A stretch of 63,330 nucleotides of DNA, filler included, from Circinaria calcarea (GCA_051942165.1; 26 parts of 26 records of this genome joined end to end with filler, not necessarily neighbours in it), one strand, 5' to 3'. Counted from the first letter of the whole stretch, positions 36,676 to 49,637 are shown. Notes: a model not told the origin generated them from the sequence alone. Numbers and translations are program-made.

Positions 36676-37852
36676 GACCGTGGCCGAGTAATCAGGGGTA
36701 ATCAAATTCGTAAGAGATTCGTCCATTAAGTTCAGAAACCCATATATTTTGTCTCTTGGATCAGTAGCAAAAACAGTCCGTCCGAGATTGAGCAACCGGT
36801 AAAGGTTGGTCCGCTGGTGACCAAGTTGCACATCTTGCAGCAGTTGGATCTCGCTGACTACGTAAAAGGTCGCCCAGATTGAGATACGGAAAGAAAGTGC
36901 TGCAGCTTCAAGCTCGTCGACAATGAATTTGTTAATAACCTCATCAGTTTTGCTTAAAAGCCGAAAGGCGCGTGAAACATCGATCTATGGCAATGTCCGG
37001 TTCCTGCAGGGTACCGGTGTGTTCTTCCTGCCCAATGCTGCCTCCTGGAGAATCCAAAGGCGACTCCAATAGCGTCGACTAGCCAGCTGATGCAGAGATC
37101 TCCAACGGCCAACATCAAACATTTCGGGATCTTGATAAAATACCTGCGTAAGAACATTTACCTAATCCCGCATGGTGTAGTTCTCAGCCACAAGCTTGAT
37201 AAGCTCCGTGGCACCATCGCTATCTTCTCCCATATCGCCGAGCCAGACGATTGGGGTCCAAGCGTTGGTGTAGACCTCTCGCATCCGCTTGACCTGTTTA
37301 CCACGCTCCAGGATGTCTAGCTGATTAATACACAATGCGTCAGTCCAGATTTTCCATCCCTTCCTGATGTACGGCTTTTCACGTAACACGCGCGAAGGCA
37401 AGCCTCGACGTTTTCAGTCACTCGCATGCTGTGGCCATTTAAAGTATCTCTCGGGTACTCGAAGGATCGCCCCATGTATAACTGAGCGCCATGTAATCAC
37501 CCCAAGTATAGCGGAACTCGGGGAGGTGAGCCGTTGCATCATCTTGGGAAGCTGAAATTTCAACCCAATCCTCGAATCCTGGTGGCGTAGACTCTTGCTC
37601 GGCGACAAGCGACCTTGAGAATCCACCCGTTTCTCGGAAGCCGTCAGCCTTCTGCAGATATGCTCGATAGGCTTCTGTGTAGTTGTAGCTGCTAAGGGAT
37701 ACAAGCTCAACGCGGCAACAAATCTGCGACTGGATTCCTGAATCGCCGTGGGCGGGGAGGATGGTGATCAGACGTATCTCTTCGGCGTCAATATTGTAAC
37801 GAGGGCTAATTGGGCTCCGAAGCGACTTGTGGAAACCCGATATTTTATCCAT
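36676..37852 (-). pseudogene. HET-domain (heterokaryon incompatibility, HET-6-like) pseudogene; 3' partial
   Basis: EIRLITILP, YMALSYTWGD, IWTDALCINQ, ERGKQVKRMREVY, YWSRLWILQEA, ATDPRDKIYG..PDYS. One-base frameshift near 37440 and in-frame TAGs at 37162-37164 and 36985-36987. Confidence 0.87.
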
Positions 37853-37869
37853 GTCGACATGGGAATATC

Positions 37870-39013
37870 GTTAATACTCGAAGTGAAATTTGCGATAGAT
37901 ATAGTATTAGTATATAAAAAATAAATCAAGTTTCAAATATTCATCTTTAAGAATATATTCTGCGGAAAAAATGGAAGCCTTATCGGCAAAAAGTTCTCCC
38001 GCTTATCATATCATAAAAATATCGGTGAATTACTGCCAGACGATACCCCCCGAACATGCTATTCCTTACTCCCATGTCCCCTTAACTTATTTATCTTACC
38101 GCCATACCCCCCTCCCTCTATACCTTCATTTTCTTCATACAGGATAACTCAATACGCCATGGACGGATTTCAGATATTTTTGGTTTATTAAAAAGCCCTA
38201 AATCAGGGCTTTCTAATATATTTAGTATATCCAAAATCCGGTCACGGCATTTTGAGTTATCGTGTGTAGAAAATATCACAAGTAATAAAGGTTAAAAAAC
38301 GGAAATCATTTACATAGGCCCCGCACGGATTATTCTCGCAGTAAAATATTATCACGAATATTATTCCGATTGAAGTTAGTTTTAATTCATGAGAAAGCCC
38401 TAAACCAGGGCTTTCCAACGAATTAAAAATATTTGAAATCCGACCACGGCGCATTGAGCTATCCTGTATGGAGAAAGTGAAGGTATAAAGAGAGGGGGGT
38501 ATGGGAGTAAGAAATTAGCATATTCGGCAATAATTCGCCGTAAAATATAAAATTTATTTATTTTGCCACCATAATTTTGCGAGCGCATGCAACCGATCCA
38601 GCTAGCAATTTAAAACCTATTTAACAACCCCCGATTATTGGAATCGATTTTGAAAATCGATTTTAAAAATCGATTTTGGACCCTGAAAATCGCTAAATAA
38701 ATATTTAATAAATAACGATTTTAATTTTGCCAAAATCGATTATTAAAATCGATTTTGCAAATTGTGAAATAATGGAGGTAATATAAGATGGAATAAATTG
38801 TATTAGTTATGGTAATTATGAATTTATATGTATGAACTTTCTTATGAAACTATATAGCAGAAAAGCTCTGCTATGTGTGCGTTCGGTGGATGGTTCGACC
38901 GCTCCGAATACTAGTTCCTCCACGCAGTGTAGAACCCTATTCTTGACAATACCTTTGACATGGAAAATTATGCTAATGTTAGAACAGCTGCCGAGCTGTG
39001 CTAGCCAAGATAG
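37870..39013. mobile_element. AT-rich, TpA-rich degenerate region, probable RIP-mutated transposon relic with AAAATCGATTTT repeats
   Basis: Visible drop in GC relative to the genes, no credible ORF, and about five copies of AATCGATT(T/A)T at 38642-38757. Confidence 0.45.
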
Positions 39014-40823
39014 NNNNNNNNNNNNNNNNNNNNNNNNNNNNNNNNNNNNNNNNNNNNTTAATTAATTAANNNNNNNNNNNNNNNNNNNNNNNNNNNNNNN
39101 NNNNNNNNNNNNNTTGCTTACAGGAGTCCTGTGGGATTGCAGTGATGATGATTGAAAGGTAGAGGAGGAGGATGTAGGAGGAATGGGAGGGGAGGTACAT
39201 CCTCGGTGTTGCTCTGTGAACGTTTGGCAGAAAAGGATGTAATTGAGTTACATGCGGGGCGTGCAACAATCGATACCAGCAAGACCGTTCAATTGGGAGG
39301 TCTCTCTATCTCTCTTGGCTATTTTGTGCCAACTAGGAGCGCACAAGAGGAGAAGGTTTGGCAAAGCAAAATCGACACACACCTGTGACTTTTGACAAAT
39401 GTATCGGTGAAAAGATAAACAAGGTATCAGGTTGTTGCGGGAAAAGGAAAGGTCGAGATTATCTGTTTGCTAAAAGTCAAACAGCGCGTATAAAGTCGCG
39501 ATACAGTTGATACCAAAGGTGAAACGAGTATGAGACGTCGATACAATCAAAGCGAAGTTCGATGCTGGGACAATGTAACAGAGCAACCTATGAACCTATT
39601 ATCAATAGTGTATGCCCAAAAATCTTCTTCCGAGTTATATGCATGAGACCTTGTATTGGCAGAGTGTAGTGGTAGAGACTAGACGCCAAATATTCAAGAC
39701 TTCTGAAAAAACATGCTTCGCAGTCAGTGTCAATTGACCGCCGTCATCCAGCGTCGTTAATGCCCAAATTGACTCGTTTGGCAAGGAAGCAAACGTGAAA
39801 TTGAGGACGGAGTGTAACACTTGTGAAGAACGTGTACGGTGTAGGCAAAGCGTATATACGGCTTTAATTTACAGCATTTTTAGGCTGTAATAAGATCGAT
39901 CATCGTAAAGAGAACGCTAGAGAATCTCCTGATATGACGGCATGCACATGAATATCTATGGGGAATAATAGTGATTGCTATGATGGGAGACTTCTGTATT
40001 TACTCCAAATACATTGGGACTGTTTAGCAAAGGTGCACGCTAGGAGATGAATACCGAATCAGTAAAGCAGATCTTCGAAATGATGCGGGTATGGCCTGGT
40101 GACTCCAGTTCTCTTCCCCTAAAGATAGGAGGATCTTCATCGCTAGTTGCATGGCATCGTTGGTTAGGACCTCATTGGGCATTTAATCGACGGTTGTGGA
40201 ACAGGAAGTACCAGATCTCGACGGTATCTATGCATCTATTCTTGCAAGCGTGCAACATCGGCCTTGAGTGCGTCAATATGCTCCTGCAGCTGCTGCCGTG
40301 ACGTCTTAGTCTTTATCATGGTATCCTTGGTGTCAAGAGGGCGAATTAGGCATGACGGGCCACGGGCCATGAGGAAGGGGGTCTTGAAACGCCAATCTGC
40401 GTGAAGAAGAATAGGGACTGGAGCCGGCAGCAGTGCTAACACTGGCTGTCACGAGATGTCTGCACATCTCCTTTGCCCGCGTGAACTGACGTGGGGAAGA
40501 CATTGTGAAAAATGACAGGAGACTATTAGATTGAGCTCCAAAGTGAACAATTAGGTGTAGACTTTTGGACTCGGGCGGGAAAAAGAATAGCGCAAAGACG
40601 GAGGAGGCCGGCCGGTAACGATGTATGCGTGAATGCTATAGCCACGGTTTCAAAGACTATTCCTTATATGTACTTCCGCAACAGTCTTTGGCGAGAACCT
40701 GAGTAATGAGAAGTCTTCGATTCCATCTAGCCGTATATTGTAGGCCTACCATCTACCCTTTTATCTATTACTCCAATCCTAACCTAGTTCCATGTCTCAA
40801 ACAAACTGGCCCTTTAACTTGAA

Positions 40824-41451
40824 CTACAAGCCCACAGTTGAACCCATCTCCGGCCTACTAATCTCCGCCCTCTCCAATCCCTCCGCAAAGACTACCTCCG
40901 CAAAGACTACCTCCGCAAACGCTACCTCCACTCCTCCACTCTTGCCCTCCCCCTTTCCACCTAACCTCAGAACCCATGTGAGTGTACTCAGCGCCGCCAG
41001 TACAAAACCCACTACGAGCCACGGCAAACCTAGCCATACCCCGTTTCCCTTCTTCATTCCGCCGTTAAACAGCCAAGCGACAACTGGCCCCGAAATTATC
41101 ATGCCTAAATTCTCGACAATTGCCAAGGTGGTGTAGAGCCTTGCGACTTGATCTTTCCGAATAAAGGAAGTCAATAACGCCCGCATGCAAGCACCTAGGC
41201 CAATGCCAAGATTGGCAAGCACGGCAGCGAAGATGAGGATATAGATGTTAGGGGCTAGACCCTCGAGCAGATAACCGAGGGCAAAACACGTAAAGCTCAG
41301 ACGCATGATCAAGAGATCTTTCCTGGTGGCGCTGTAAGATTTCTTATTCAAGAGGTAGGAAGCCATAGTGGGGAGAATGAAGATGAGAGTCAGCATTGAT
41401 ACCCCAGACTGGATGGACCATATATAGTTTGTCTGGGCGAAGGTCCAGTGG
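40824..41451 (-). CDS. MFS transporter C-terminal half; 5' partial
   Basis: Multiple transmembrane segments; RALLTSFIRKDQVARLYTTLAIVENLG and WLGLPW. The tail contains a 15-bp x3 repeat (40881-40925). Confidence 0.85.
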
Positions 41452-41551
41452 NNNNNNNNNNNNNNNNNNNNNNNNNNNNNNNNNNNNNNNNNNNNTTAAT
41501 TAATTAANNNNNNNNNNNNNNNNNNNNNNNNNNNNNNNNNNNNNNNNNNNN

Positions 41552-43127
41552 CCTACCTGCGTCGGCAACTTCCACTCCCCTTCCACCGGTTCCATCTCGA
41601 ACCTCATCACAAACATGGCCACCGTACTCAGGATTTCCGTCGTAGCAAAGTGTCTTCCGGGGCAGAGGGTCGTTCCGCCGCCGAAAGCGCGGAAAGCTCC
41701 AGGATGTTGTTTCTGCTCACCTTTTCCTCTTCTGGTCTTGATGAAACGTTGAGGGTCAAAGTCCTTGACCGTGGGACCCCAGACTTGGGGGTCAGAGTGG
41801 ATTACAAGGCTGGGCATCTGGACGATGGAACCTTTTTTCAGGAGGTAGCGGTCGTTTAGGATGGTGTCTTCGGTTACCATTCGTACCGAAGCGTTGAAGG
41901 AGTGGACACGGAGGACTTCTTGGAAGATGGAGGTAAGTAGCTGACATTTCGCCTTCATTTGCCCCACGTCGAGGTGATGCACCGGGCTGGACGCTAATCC
42001 TTCGGTGGTGGTGAACATGATAGAGGAGAGTTCCGCTCTAAGGTCTTCAAGGATTGCAGGGTTCGAAAACACGTGAATAAGGGTCCAGAAGGTGCCGGGC
42101 GTCGTGTTTACGAGGATTCCGATTGCATTACCAATCTCAAACCGACCCATATCTTTGAATGGGACACCATATCGTAAGTTTGCCTCGTAACGTACTTTGA
42201 TCAGCGCAGACGAGCTGTCCACACCGCCGTTCTGGAAAAATTCGGCAAAGGCTCGGAAGACCTTATCACGGCCCTTGTGCCCCTTGGATGCTATCAGATT
42301 CGGCATAACATTGACGAGAAGAAGGGTAAGATCGTTCTCAAAGGCCCTGTAGCGATATATGAGCGACATTCGCAACAATGATCATTTCCTTTCCCATCAC
42401 AAAATATTTCATTTTGCTTACCAGAAACCCTTCTCAACCTCCGGATCTTTGAAGGGATTCTTCGGTCCATATGCTGCATTCGTACTAGCCATGGTTATCT
42501 CATGCCGGATCCAGTTCATAAGGTCTATCGTTGTAGTCTCCTCGTCTTTGCAGAGTTTGTCAACGGAAGCCCCCACGCTCGTTACCATGGCCCGGTTCAT
42601 ATCGTCTAGATCCTTCCCGGGAGCCAATACAGCATGCATTCCCCTGGAAGTATCGGCATTGAGCCCCCAGTCTCCTTCCTTCCCGTCCAGGTTCTTCATG
42701 AGAGCCGCCCACGCTTCTTTACTTGGAAGGGTAATACGTTTGGCGCTTTGAGCAATGAACGGTGTAAAAGACAGGGTCTTCGAATTGCGCTGGACGGCAA
42801 CCACCAGGTCAGGCGAGTTGACTACATATGTTTTCCCTCCGATCATGCCAAGGGTGTAAATGGGAAGGGCGTGTTTAGCACTGTATATTCCAATCAACGA
42901 CTATTGTATCGTGTGGGAGTGTTGAACAGCCCATACCTCATTTTGGCATAGTATCTGGTACCATTTCTGATCAAACCAATGATGTGACCGACATAAGGTA
43001 TTGTCGACGATATCAGAGGAGGCTCCTTGGGATCAAGCTTGATGCCCATAAAGTACTCTAATATGAAGTAGAGTCCCGTGGCCACGGCCAGCACTACCAA
43101 CGTCGTAACATCGATCTTGCCCTCCAT
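41552..43127 (-). CDS. Cytochrome P450 (CYP7-like fungal group); exons 43127-42937, 42880-42422, 42346-41552; lacks only the extreme C-terminus
   Basis: N-terminal anchor plus EPP hinge, I-helix ILVNTTPGTFW, ExxR (EVLR), FDPQRF, and heme motif FGGGTTLCPGRHFA. Confidence 0.95.
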
Positions 43128-44173
43128 TATAACTAGTACGGTCCTGATGTTCTTCCTTGATCAGTGATGATCCTGACATAATAGAAGACCTAGAAAAAAG
43201 CACGGAAAGGAGGGTCGATGTCAAAATCCCATGTATAGTCGAGACTTGGAGGCCCAAGGACAAGAGACAGGTAGTCGTTACAGCTGCCGATCAAGATTCA
43301 GCCTTCAGAGCCAACGGACTATATTTTGCATATCGTCATCCGGATCGGAAATAATTGGACCGAGATGTGCATCGATCCGTGAGGCACAGTTCGTGTCAGG
43401 CACGGAGGGCTAAGGCAGGGCTTAGCAAAGGAGGGTTAACTGAATACCCCCAATTTCAAGCACGTCTACACTTGCTCCACGCCACTATCTGGAGGCGTCT
43501 ACCAAAAGGACGTGATATGGACATACGAGCAGAGTCTCAATACGGTGGATGTATTCCTCGAGGCGATATCCCTAGCATGAGAGGTGAACATGCAGATTCG
43601 AGAGGACCAAAGAATCTCTAGTGCATCTATCAATGTGTCCCTGCCCCATCCATCCATCTCAACTCCGCTTTTATACATCCTCAATATGGCCTCTATGCCG
43701 ATCTACAATGACTGCCGCATCCAGGACATCTTGCTCGTTTTCCCCATCCACGCCCTCGTCCTCGTCCTCATCACTGCTCCCCGGACTCTCCTGGATCGCC
43801 GAAACGTCATCCTCCTTGGCAAACGTACCCGGCCGTCTCTTCCGTTCAAAGTCCTCGGCGTGAGCTTGAGACATGAGAGTCCCCACNNNNNNNNNNNNNN
43901 NNNNNNNNNNNNNNNNNNNNNNNNNNNNNNTTAATTAATTAANNNNNNNNNNNNNNNNNNNNNNNNNNNNNNNNNNNNNNNNNNNNTGAATGCCAGCTAT
44001 GAGTACATCAAGAGATTGGCAAAGGAAGTAAGGTTTGATGTCGAAAGTTATCTGGCCGAGTAACGAAATAGACAGCCGAGTGCAGTATTGAAGGGGAGGT
44101 CTGGACACCGGAAGAAATGTCTATACGGAGACATTAGTCTTTGCAACTGTCACTAGTGGATAGCCATCTTACC

Positions 44174-44911
44174 TTAAGGTAACATTACAATTTCCTTCCC
44201 GCGCCACTCGCAAATGATGCCTTCAAGATGTTGCAACTTCTTAATTAGTGCAACCATTTCTTTGTCAGGGCGCGTACGATTTCGATCAATGAAAATGATA
44301 TCCAAGGTAAATGGACGAGCTGCGGCCGATCTCCTGCGCATCTCTAGGAGGACTAGAAACGGCTTTAGCCAAGGCGCTTCTAACACTAACGGCTCCTCGC
44401 CAAAGCTTTTGACGTCGAATACCAGCGTAAGATACTCAAGCTCCGAATCCCATACGAGGCCGAGGAACTTGGTTTGGGCCGCATAATAGTCTTTCGGGTC
44501 CTTGACTGCGCTCAGCTGTCGAGAATATCCCGCGTAACCTGGCACCGTGCGACCGAGATGAATGTGTCGGAGATTCTGACGGCACGGAGGCGATATACGA
44601 AGTAGGAAGTCATTCGCGGGCACAAACACATTGGAATGCTTCTGAGCGTAGAAATATACGCGCCACTGTCTTTGTATCACTCTCGGCATCTCCTCGCGCA
44701 TGCGGCTGCACACGCGGAGATAGGGGAAAGTGGTGAACCAGACCTCTCGAGGTGCTCCGGGAACTGCAAGATCCAGCGAGGATTCTGCGATAGGCTGAAA
44801 GGTTGGCACAACAAAGCCCCAGATTTTATCCCGGAGTTCTCTTGGAAGCTTCAAGAGGGGTACATTTAGGTTTGCTTCTCGCGCTGCTGACCGGTGGTCG
44901 GTGGAGGACAT
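44174..44911 (-). CDS. Hypothetical protein with an N-terminal F-box-like/2EXR-type motif
   Basis: Complete 245-aa ORF; LLKLPRELRDKIWGFVVP...YLRVCSRMREE. Confidence 0.65.
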   Translation of the reverse strand: MSSTDHRSAAREANLNVPLLKLPRELRDKIWGFVVPTFQPIAESSLDLAVPGAPREVWFTTFPYLRVCSRMREEMPRVIQRQWRVYFYAQKHSNVFVPANDFLLRISPPCRQNLRHIHLGRTVPGYAGYSRQLSAVKDPKDYYAAQTKFLGLVWDSELEYLTLVFDVKSFGEEPLVLEAPWLKPFLVLLEMRRRSAAARPFTLDIIFIDRNRTRPDKEMVALIKKLQHLEGIICEWRGKEIVMLP

Positions 44912-45565
44912 TTCTATGGAATCGAGTAAGCGTGTCTCATTTGTATTGGAAGCTTCTCCATCCTCAACAGTGGCCGTACCTTTGGTATCTATGGTCGTTG
45001 GATATTGACGTAGTGGCTAGTACGCTCTAATTTGTGTACTTCTCTATTAGATCAAACAAACAGAACGAAGTACCGCCTTGCACAAGAGTCAAGCCGAGTA
45101 ACTTACATGACGCCCTACAAACTCGAGTTCTCTCCTTGTGTTGAAGTTAGTGCCATGTGCTCGTATTCCACATATGATTCATACCTGCGAGCTCTTCCTC
45201 GTCACAATGCTCGACAGATGCCTCGTTTAGCTGCAAGCATGTAACGAAGACACTCCTTCTACGCAGCAGCATACCCCCTCTTTACCTCCAAACCCGCTAT
45301 CCAAGAAACGAAACAGCAGCTCGGGACCCGAAACTTCCTCATCTCGCCCGATGATTCAACCCAACGTCACTATTCCTCTCATTCGGCATCCGCGGCATCT
45401 TTCGGCATCCCCGGCACCATTCTAGCCGGTAGGTAGGCGAGCCTTTCACTTTCGGTTAATCCCCGGAAGGCATAATTGATCTAGGTAGGGAGAGAACGGA
45501 AGCAGTTTAGGGGGAAGGGTTCAGGCCCGCACCGTACGATAGCCCTTGAAAGATAAGGGGGCATG

Positions 45566-45628
45566 AGATGGGAGATGGAAGATGGGAGATGGAAGATGGG
45601 AGATGGGAGATGGAAGATGGGAGATGGG
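45566..45628 (+). repeat. (AGATGGR)9 heptanucleotide microsatellite
   Basis: Mixed AGATGGG and AGATGGA units read directly. Confidence 0.9.
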
Positions 45629-47441
45629 AGATAGTTAGAGGGGTTCTCGCTATACAAAATCTATACGATGATATGATTGTAGAACCCGGGGGAAGCGCGA
45701 GGGAAGCGCGGGGGAAAGAGGCATGTACGCATAAGGGTGGGTAGGTCAGGATACAGGTCATGTATGTAGGATGTATTTCTTTGGGAATGATTAAGGTACG
45801 GAGAGGACCGTTACGTTGGTAGTAAGTTCAAATTTTCTAGGAAATAGAATGAAGGCGGTAAATGGTATACTACATGCGGTTTTTGGATTTGGCTTATCTA
45901 TCATTTCATTCATGGCTAGCTAGGCAAGCCAATTCTGCTCTGCCCCCTTTCCCTACCAAATCTGACAACGGCCATCTGTAACCCCCCCGAAACCCAATTT
46001 GGATAATTCGCATACTCTCTCAGCAGTGAACTCCCCTGCAACAAATCCCCCGGAGTTCTGTCATGAAGCGGAGAATCTATCATAGCCCTTGACATTTCCT
46101 CGCTCGGAGAATTTTTCCCGTCATTTCGTACAACGTTTAGGTTTTGATTCGAACATTTTGCGTGGGTGCCGTGACGTTTCCGGGGGGTATTCGGTAATGG
46201 GGCTTTAGCCCAAGGGAGCTTCCCGATCTGGAAAAAGTCATGCCGGTTCGGGTTTTTTGGATACAAGGGAATAGTATATCCAACATGGTGGTTTCTAGAT
46301 TCCTGGAGCCGCAGCACGGGNNNNNNNNNNNNNNNNNNNNNNNNNNNNNNNNNNNNNNNNNNNNTTAATTAATTAANNNNNNNNNNNNNNNNNNNNNNNN
46401 NNNNNNNNNNNNNNNNNNNNTCACTTCACACCCTTAGCAATAATCACCTCGTCGCCGTAGCTATTTACTGTTATAATAATATCATCGTCGGAATCACCTC
46501 GTCGTCGCAATCACTTTCGTCGTGATTTGTGGTTCAGGGGTTGCTGTGACTTTGGGCCATATGGAGATTATTCTAGCAGCCGCTTGCCGCACGGGGAATT
46601 TCCCGAGTGGTAGCTTAGCAACCGATGAAGGTCACGCTAATGTTGGCTTCAGCGGGTAAATGGGCACTACCCCAATATTAGCTCCGGTTCATCCTTACTC
46701 AGCTATCTTTTCCTGTGCCGCAGTTTACTGTCGATGCAATTACATTGGGCTCTACATGCATGTGCTTGGCACCATTTATGGCGTCGGGATAATTCTATGC
46801 AGAGCAACGGCGAGCTTTAACCAACGGCAAAATTGCCTCGCTCAGCTGGATGTGCGGAAACAATATGCGGCCACACGGCGTATGTTTATGCCCAAGGCCT
46901 GACTATTCGAGCAATCCACGTAGGCTTAACGAATGGCCAAAATGCCTCGCTCGGTTGGATTGCTACCGAGCCTCATGCGGGCATAAGCACAAGGATTGGA
47001 TGCCAAGTCAGTTTTAGGGATATGGAGCCCGAGATTCTCTATGCCGCGGGAGTGCATTGCTTATACGTGGTGTCTTACCATATCTATAACATTCTTAAAA
47101 CGGGTTGATCTACTATCCCCCTTTCCGATCTTTCACTGCTTTCAGCCTAGTATTTGCTGGCGAATTTTTTCCATTCCGAACCGTTTCAAGTAACGGAGTC
47201 AGGTAGCACACCGTTAAGATCCTTCTAAAATAAGTGCAGGATGCGGCTTTGCTAATGTAAAGCAGACACTACGTCACCAATCTCGTGATTCCCAATCCTT
47301 TCCGCATGTGGTTTCACGGCACCCATTTGTATTCCGGGAGGGAGTCCTCGGATGAAGAATCGGACTACGGCGACTTTTCGAGGTATACTAGCCATAGTCC
47401 GTTACAGATCCCTCGGATTCTGCTTGCCTAGAAATCGAAAG

Positions 47442-48753
47442 ATGGTTCGTCGATACTTGTCTGTTATTGCAGACCTCCTATTTTTCTCGACGGTTGCTTT
47501 AGCTGCCCTGGAAATTTTGGACACCACGCTTCCTCACCAGCACGTACGCCGAAGATCTGTCAACAAACCGTTATGCCGTTGCTTCCCAGGAGATGGCTGT
47601 TGGCCAACAAAGGACAAATGGGACAAGTTCAATCAAACTTTGGGGGGGGAGCTTATTGCGACAATTCCCATTGCTAGTTCTTGCCATAGCGATCCATACA
47701 AACCCTACAATGCTCAGGAGTGCGCAGCTTTACAATCTGTTTGGGGTTTTCCGCAGACGCATTACACGACATCTTTTTCGATTATGGCCCCATTTTTCGC
47801 AAACCGAAGCTGTGATCCGTTTCTTCCAAAAAGTGCACGATGCGTCATAGGCACCTATATTTAATACGCTGTGAATGCTAGTGAAGCCTCTGATTACCAA
47901 AAAGCCATCAAATTTGCCCAGAACAATAACATACGCCTAGTAATTCGAAACACCGGCCACGACTACATTGGCAAATCGACTGGAGCTGGAGCTTTGGGCA
48001 TCTGGACTCACAATTTGAAAGACATCGGATTCCTAGACTACAACTCACAATACTACACAGGAAAGGCGGTAAAGGTAGGTGCGGGTGTCCAAGGTATTGA
48101 GGCGTACGAGGCAGCTCACAAACATGGTCTGGTGGTTGTTGGTGGTAACTGCCCAACCGTTGATTTAGCCGGAGGTTATACACAAGGAAGCGGCCACGGG
48201 CCACTGGCATCCAAGTTTGGTCTTGCGGCAGACCAGGTTCTTGAATGGGAAGTGGTCACAGCTACGGGAGAACTCCTAACAGCATCACCGCTGAAGAACT
48301 CGGACCTATACTGGGCTCTGTCCGGCGGTGGCGGTGGTACTTATAACGTGGTGTTATCGATGACAAGCAAGGCGTATCCGGATCTGCCAACAGCTGCAGC
48401 CAATCTTACTTTTACCAACGAAGGCGTCTCTCAGAATACGTTTTACGATGCTGTTCAAACCTTTATCAGCAATCTTCCTCCAATAGTGGATTCGGGTGCC
48501 GTAAGCATCTGGCTGCTGACCAACATAACTTTTATCATGCAGCCTACAACGGCACCCGGATTAACAAAATCGCAACTACAGAACCTGCTCTCTCCTGCGA
48601 TTACGAAGTTGGAACAAAGTAACATCACGTATGGTATGTTGAATCTTCCTTATTCTTATCTATTCGAAAACCAAAGGTAAAAGCATCTGATTATGTTCCT
48701 CGTAGATTACTTTGTCGGACAGTATCCTACCTATCTGGACAGCTACAAGGCAA
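47442..48753 (+). pseudogene. Secreted FAD-linked oxidase (berberine-bridge/isoamyl-alcohol-oxidase-like) with a premature stop; 3' partial
   Basis: Signal peptide, CRCFPGDGCWP, RNTGHDYIGKS (FAD His), GGNCPTV and DLYWALSGGGGG. An in-frame TAA at 47862-47864 interrupts GTYI*YAVNA with no splice signals around it. Intron 48634-48705. Confidence 0.8.
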
Positions 48754-48853
48754 NNNNNNNNNNNNNNNNNNNNNNNNNNNNNNNNNNNNNNNNNNNNTTA
48801 ATTAATTAANNNNNNNNNNNNNNNNNNNNNNNNNNNNNNNNNNNNNNNNNNNN

Positions 48854-49381
48854 GCATTGATCCAGCCCATGATGACGGTCTGAGGTACCATCATCATCAT
48901 ATTCCCTTTCATCATGCCCATCATCCCTTCCATCGCCGCGGGATCCGTCATCGGATTGGCAGCCGGCTTGCCTTTGCTCTCCGGATCTTTAAGAAAAAGA
49001 CCATCTTTATAGGCGGACACCAAGTAGTTCCGTCGGGACGCAAACGACGACGGTGATATCTGAGGTGCATTATTGCGGAGGTTAATGCCACGAAGGAGGG
49101 AGCGTTGTTCGCGGAGGGCCGGGAGTGTCTGTTTCTTCGGGGTAGTAGCGAGAAGGATGGTGGCGTAATGGCGGAGAATTCCAGTCAGGACCTTCGGTTC
49201 GTTAATCATCAGTAAAGGGCATACGGGGAGAAAGGCCCACCATGACTATGGTTATAGGGAACAGGATCCAGTAACTATAGTGAGACTTAGGTTGGGCCAT
49301 GATCTTTGAGTCTGCAGTTGCATTGCAAGCTTACAATAGCGCTGGGTCCCTATGTATGGTCTGATCCATGTTATCTGTCAT
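48854..49381 (-). CDS. EMC3: ER membrane protein complex subunit 3; 3' partial, two introns
   Basis: MTDNMDQTIHRDPALF|YWILFPITIVM|VLTGILRHY...NPMTDPAAMEGMMGMMKGNMMMMVPQTVIMGWIN. Confidence 0.93.
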
Positions 49382-49637
49382 GACGCTGTAGGAAGAGAAA
49401 ACAAGTGTAGATGGTGCTCTCGGGATGAGTGAATTGAGGTCCTCTGTTGGAGTTCTGCTTGACTCGGTTTGTCACACCAGATCCGACGTCGGGAAACCTT
49501 CCCGATCAATACCCCGTCCTCGCGAAATCCAAGAGACACATTTGGCGTCTGAGCAAGAAAGTCTCACCTGCTTCGTATCCTCGAGCGCGGCGCCCTTCTG
49601 AAGCTACGACTTGGTGTGCCAAAAAAGGAGATAGAAG

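Noticed and set aside
36985..36987. TAG at a conserved Trp in the HET gene as an A-to-I stop-correction editing site
   Set aside because: The same gene has a second stop and a frameshift, so decay is simpler. Such editing is established mainly in Sordariomycetes sexual tissue, and the taxon here is unknown.
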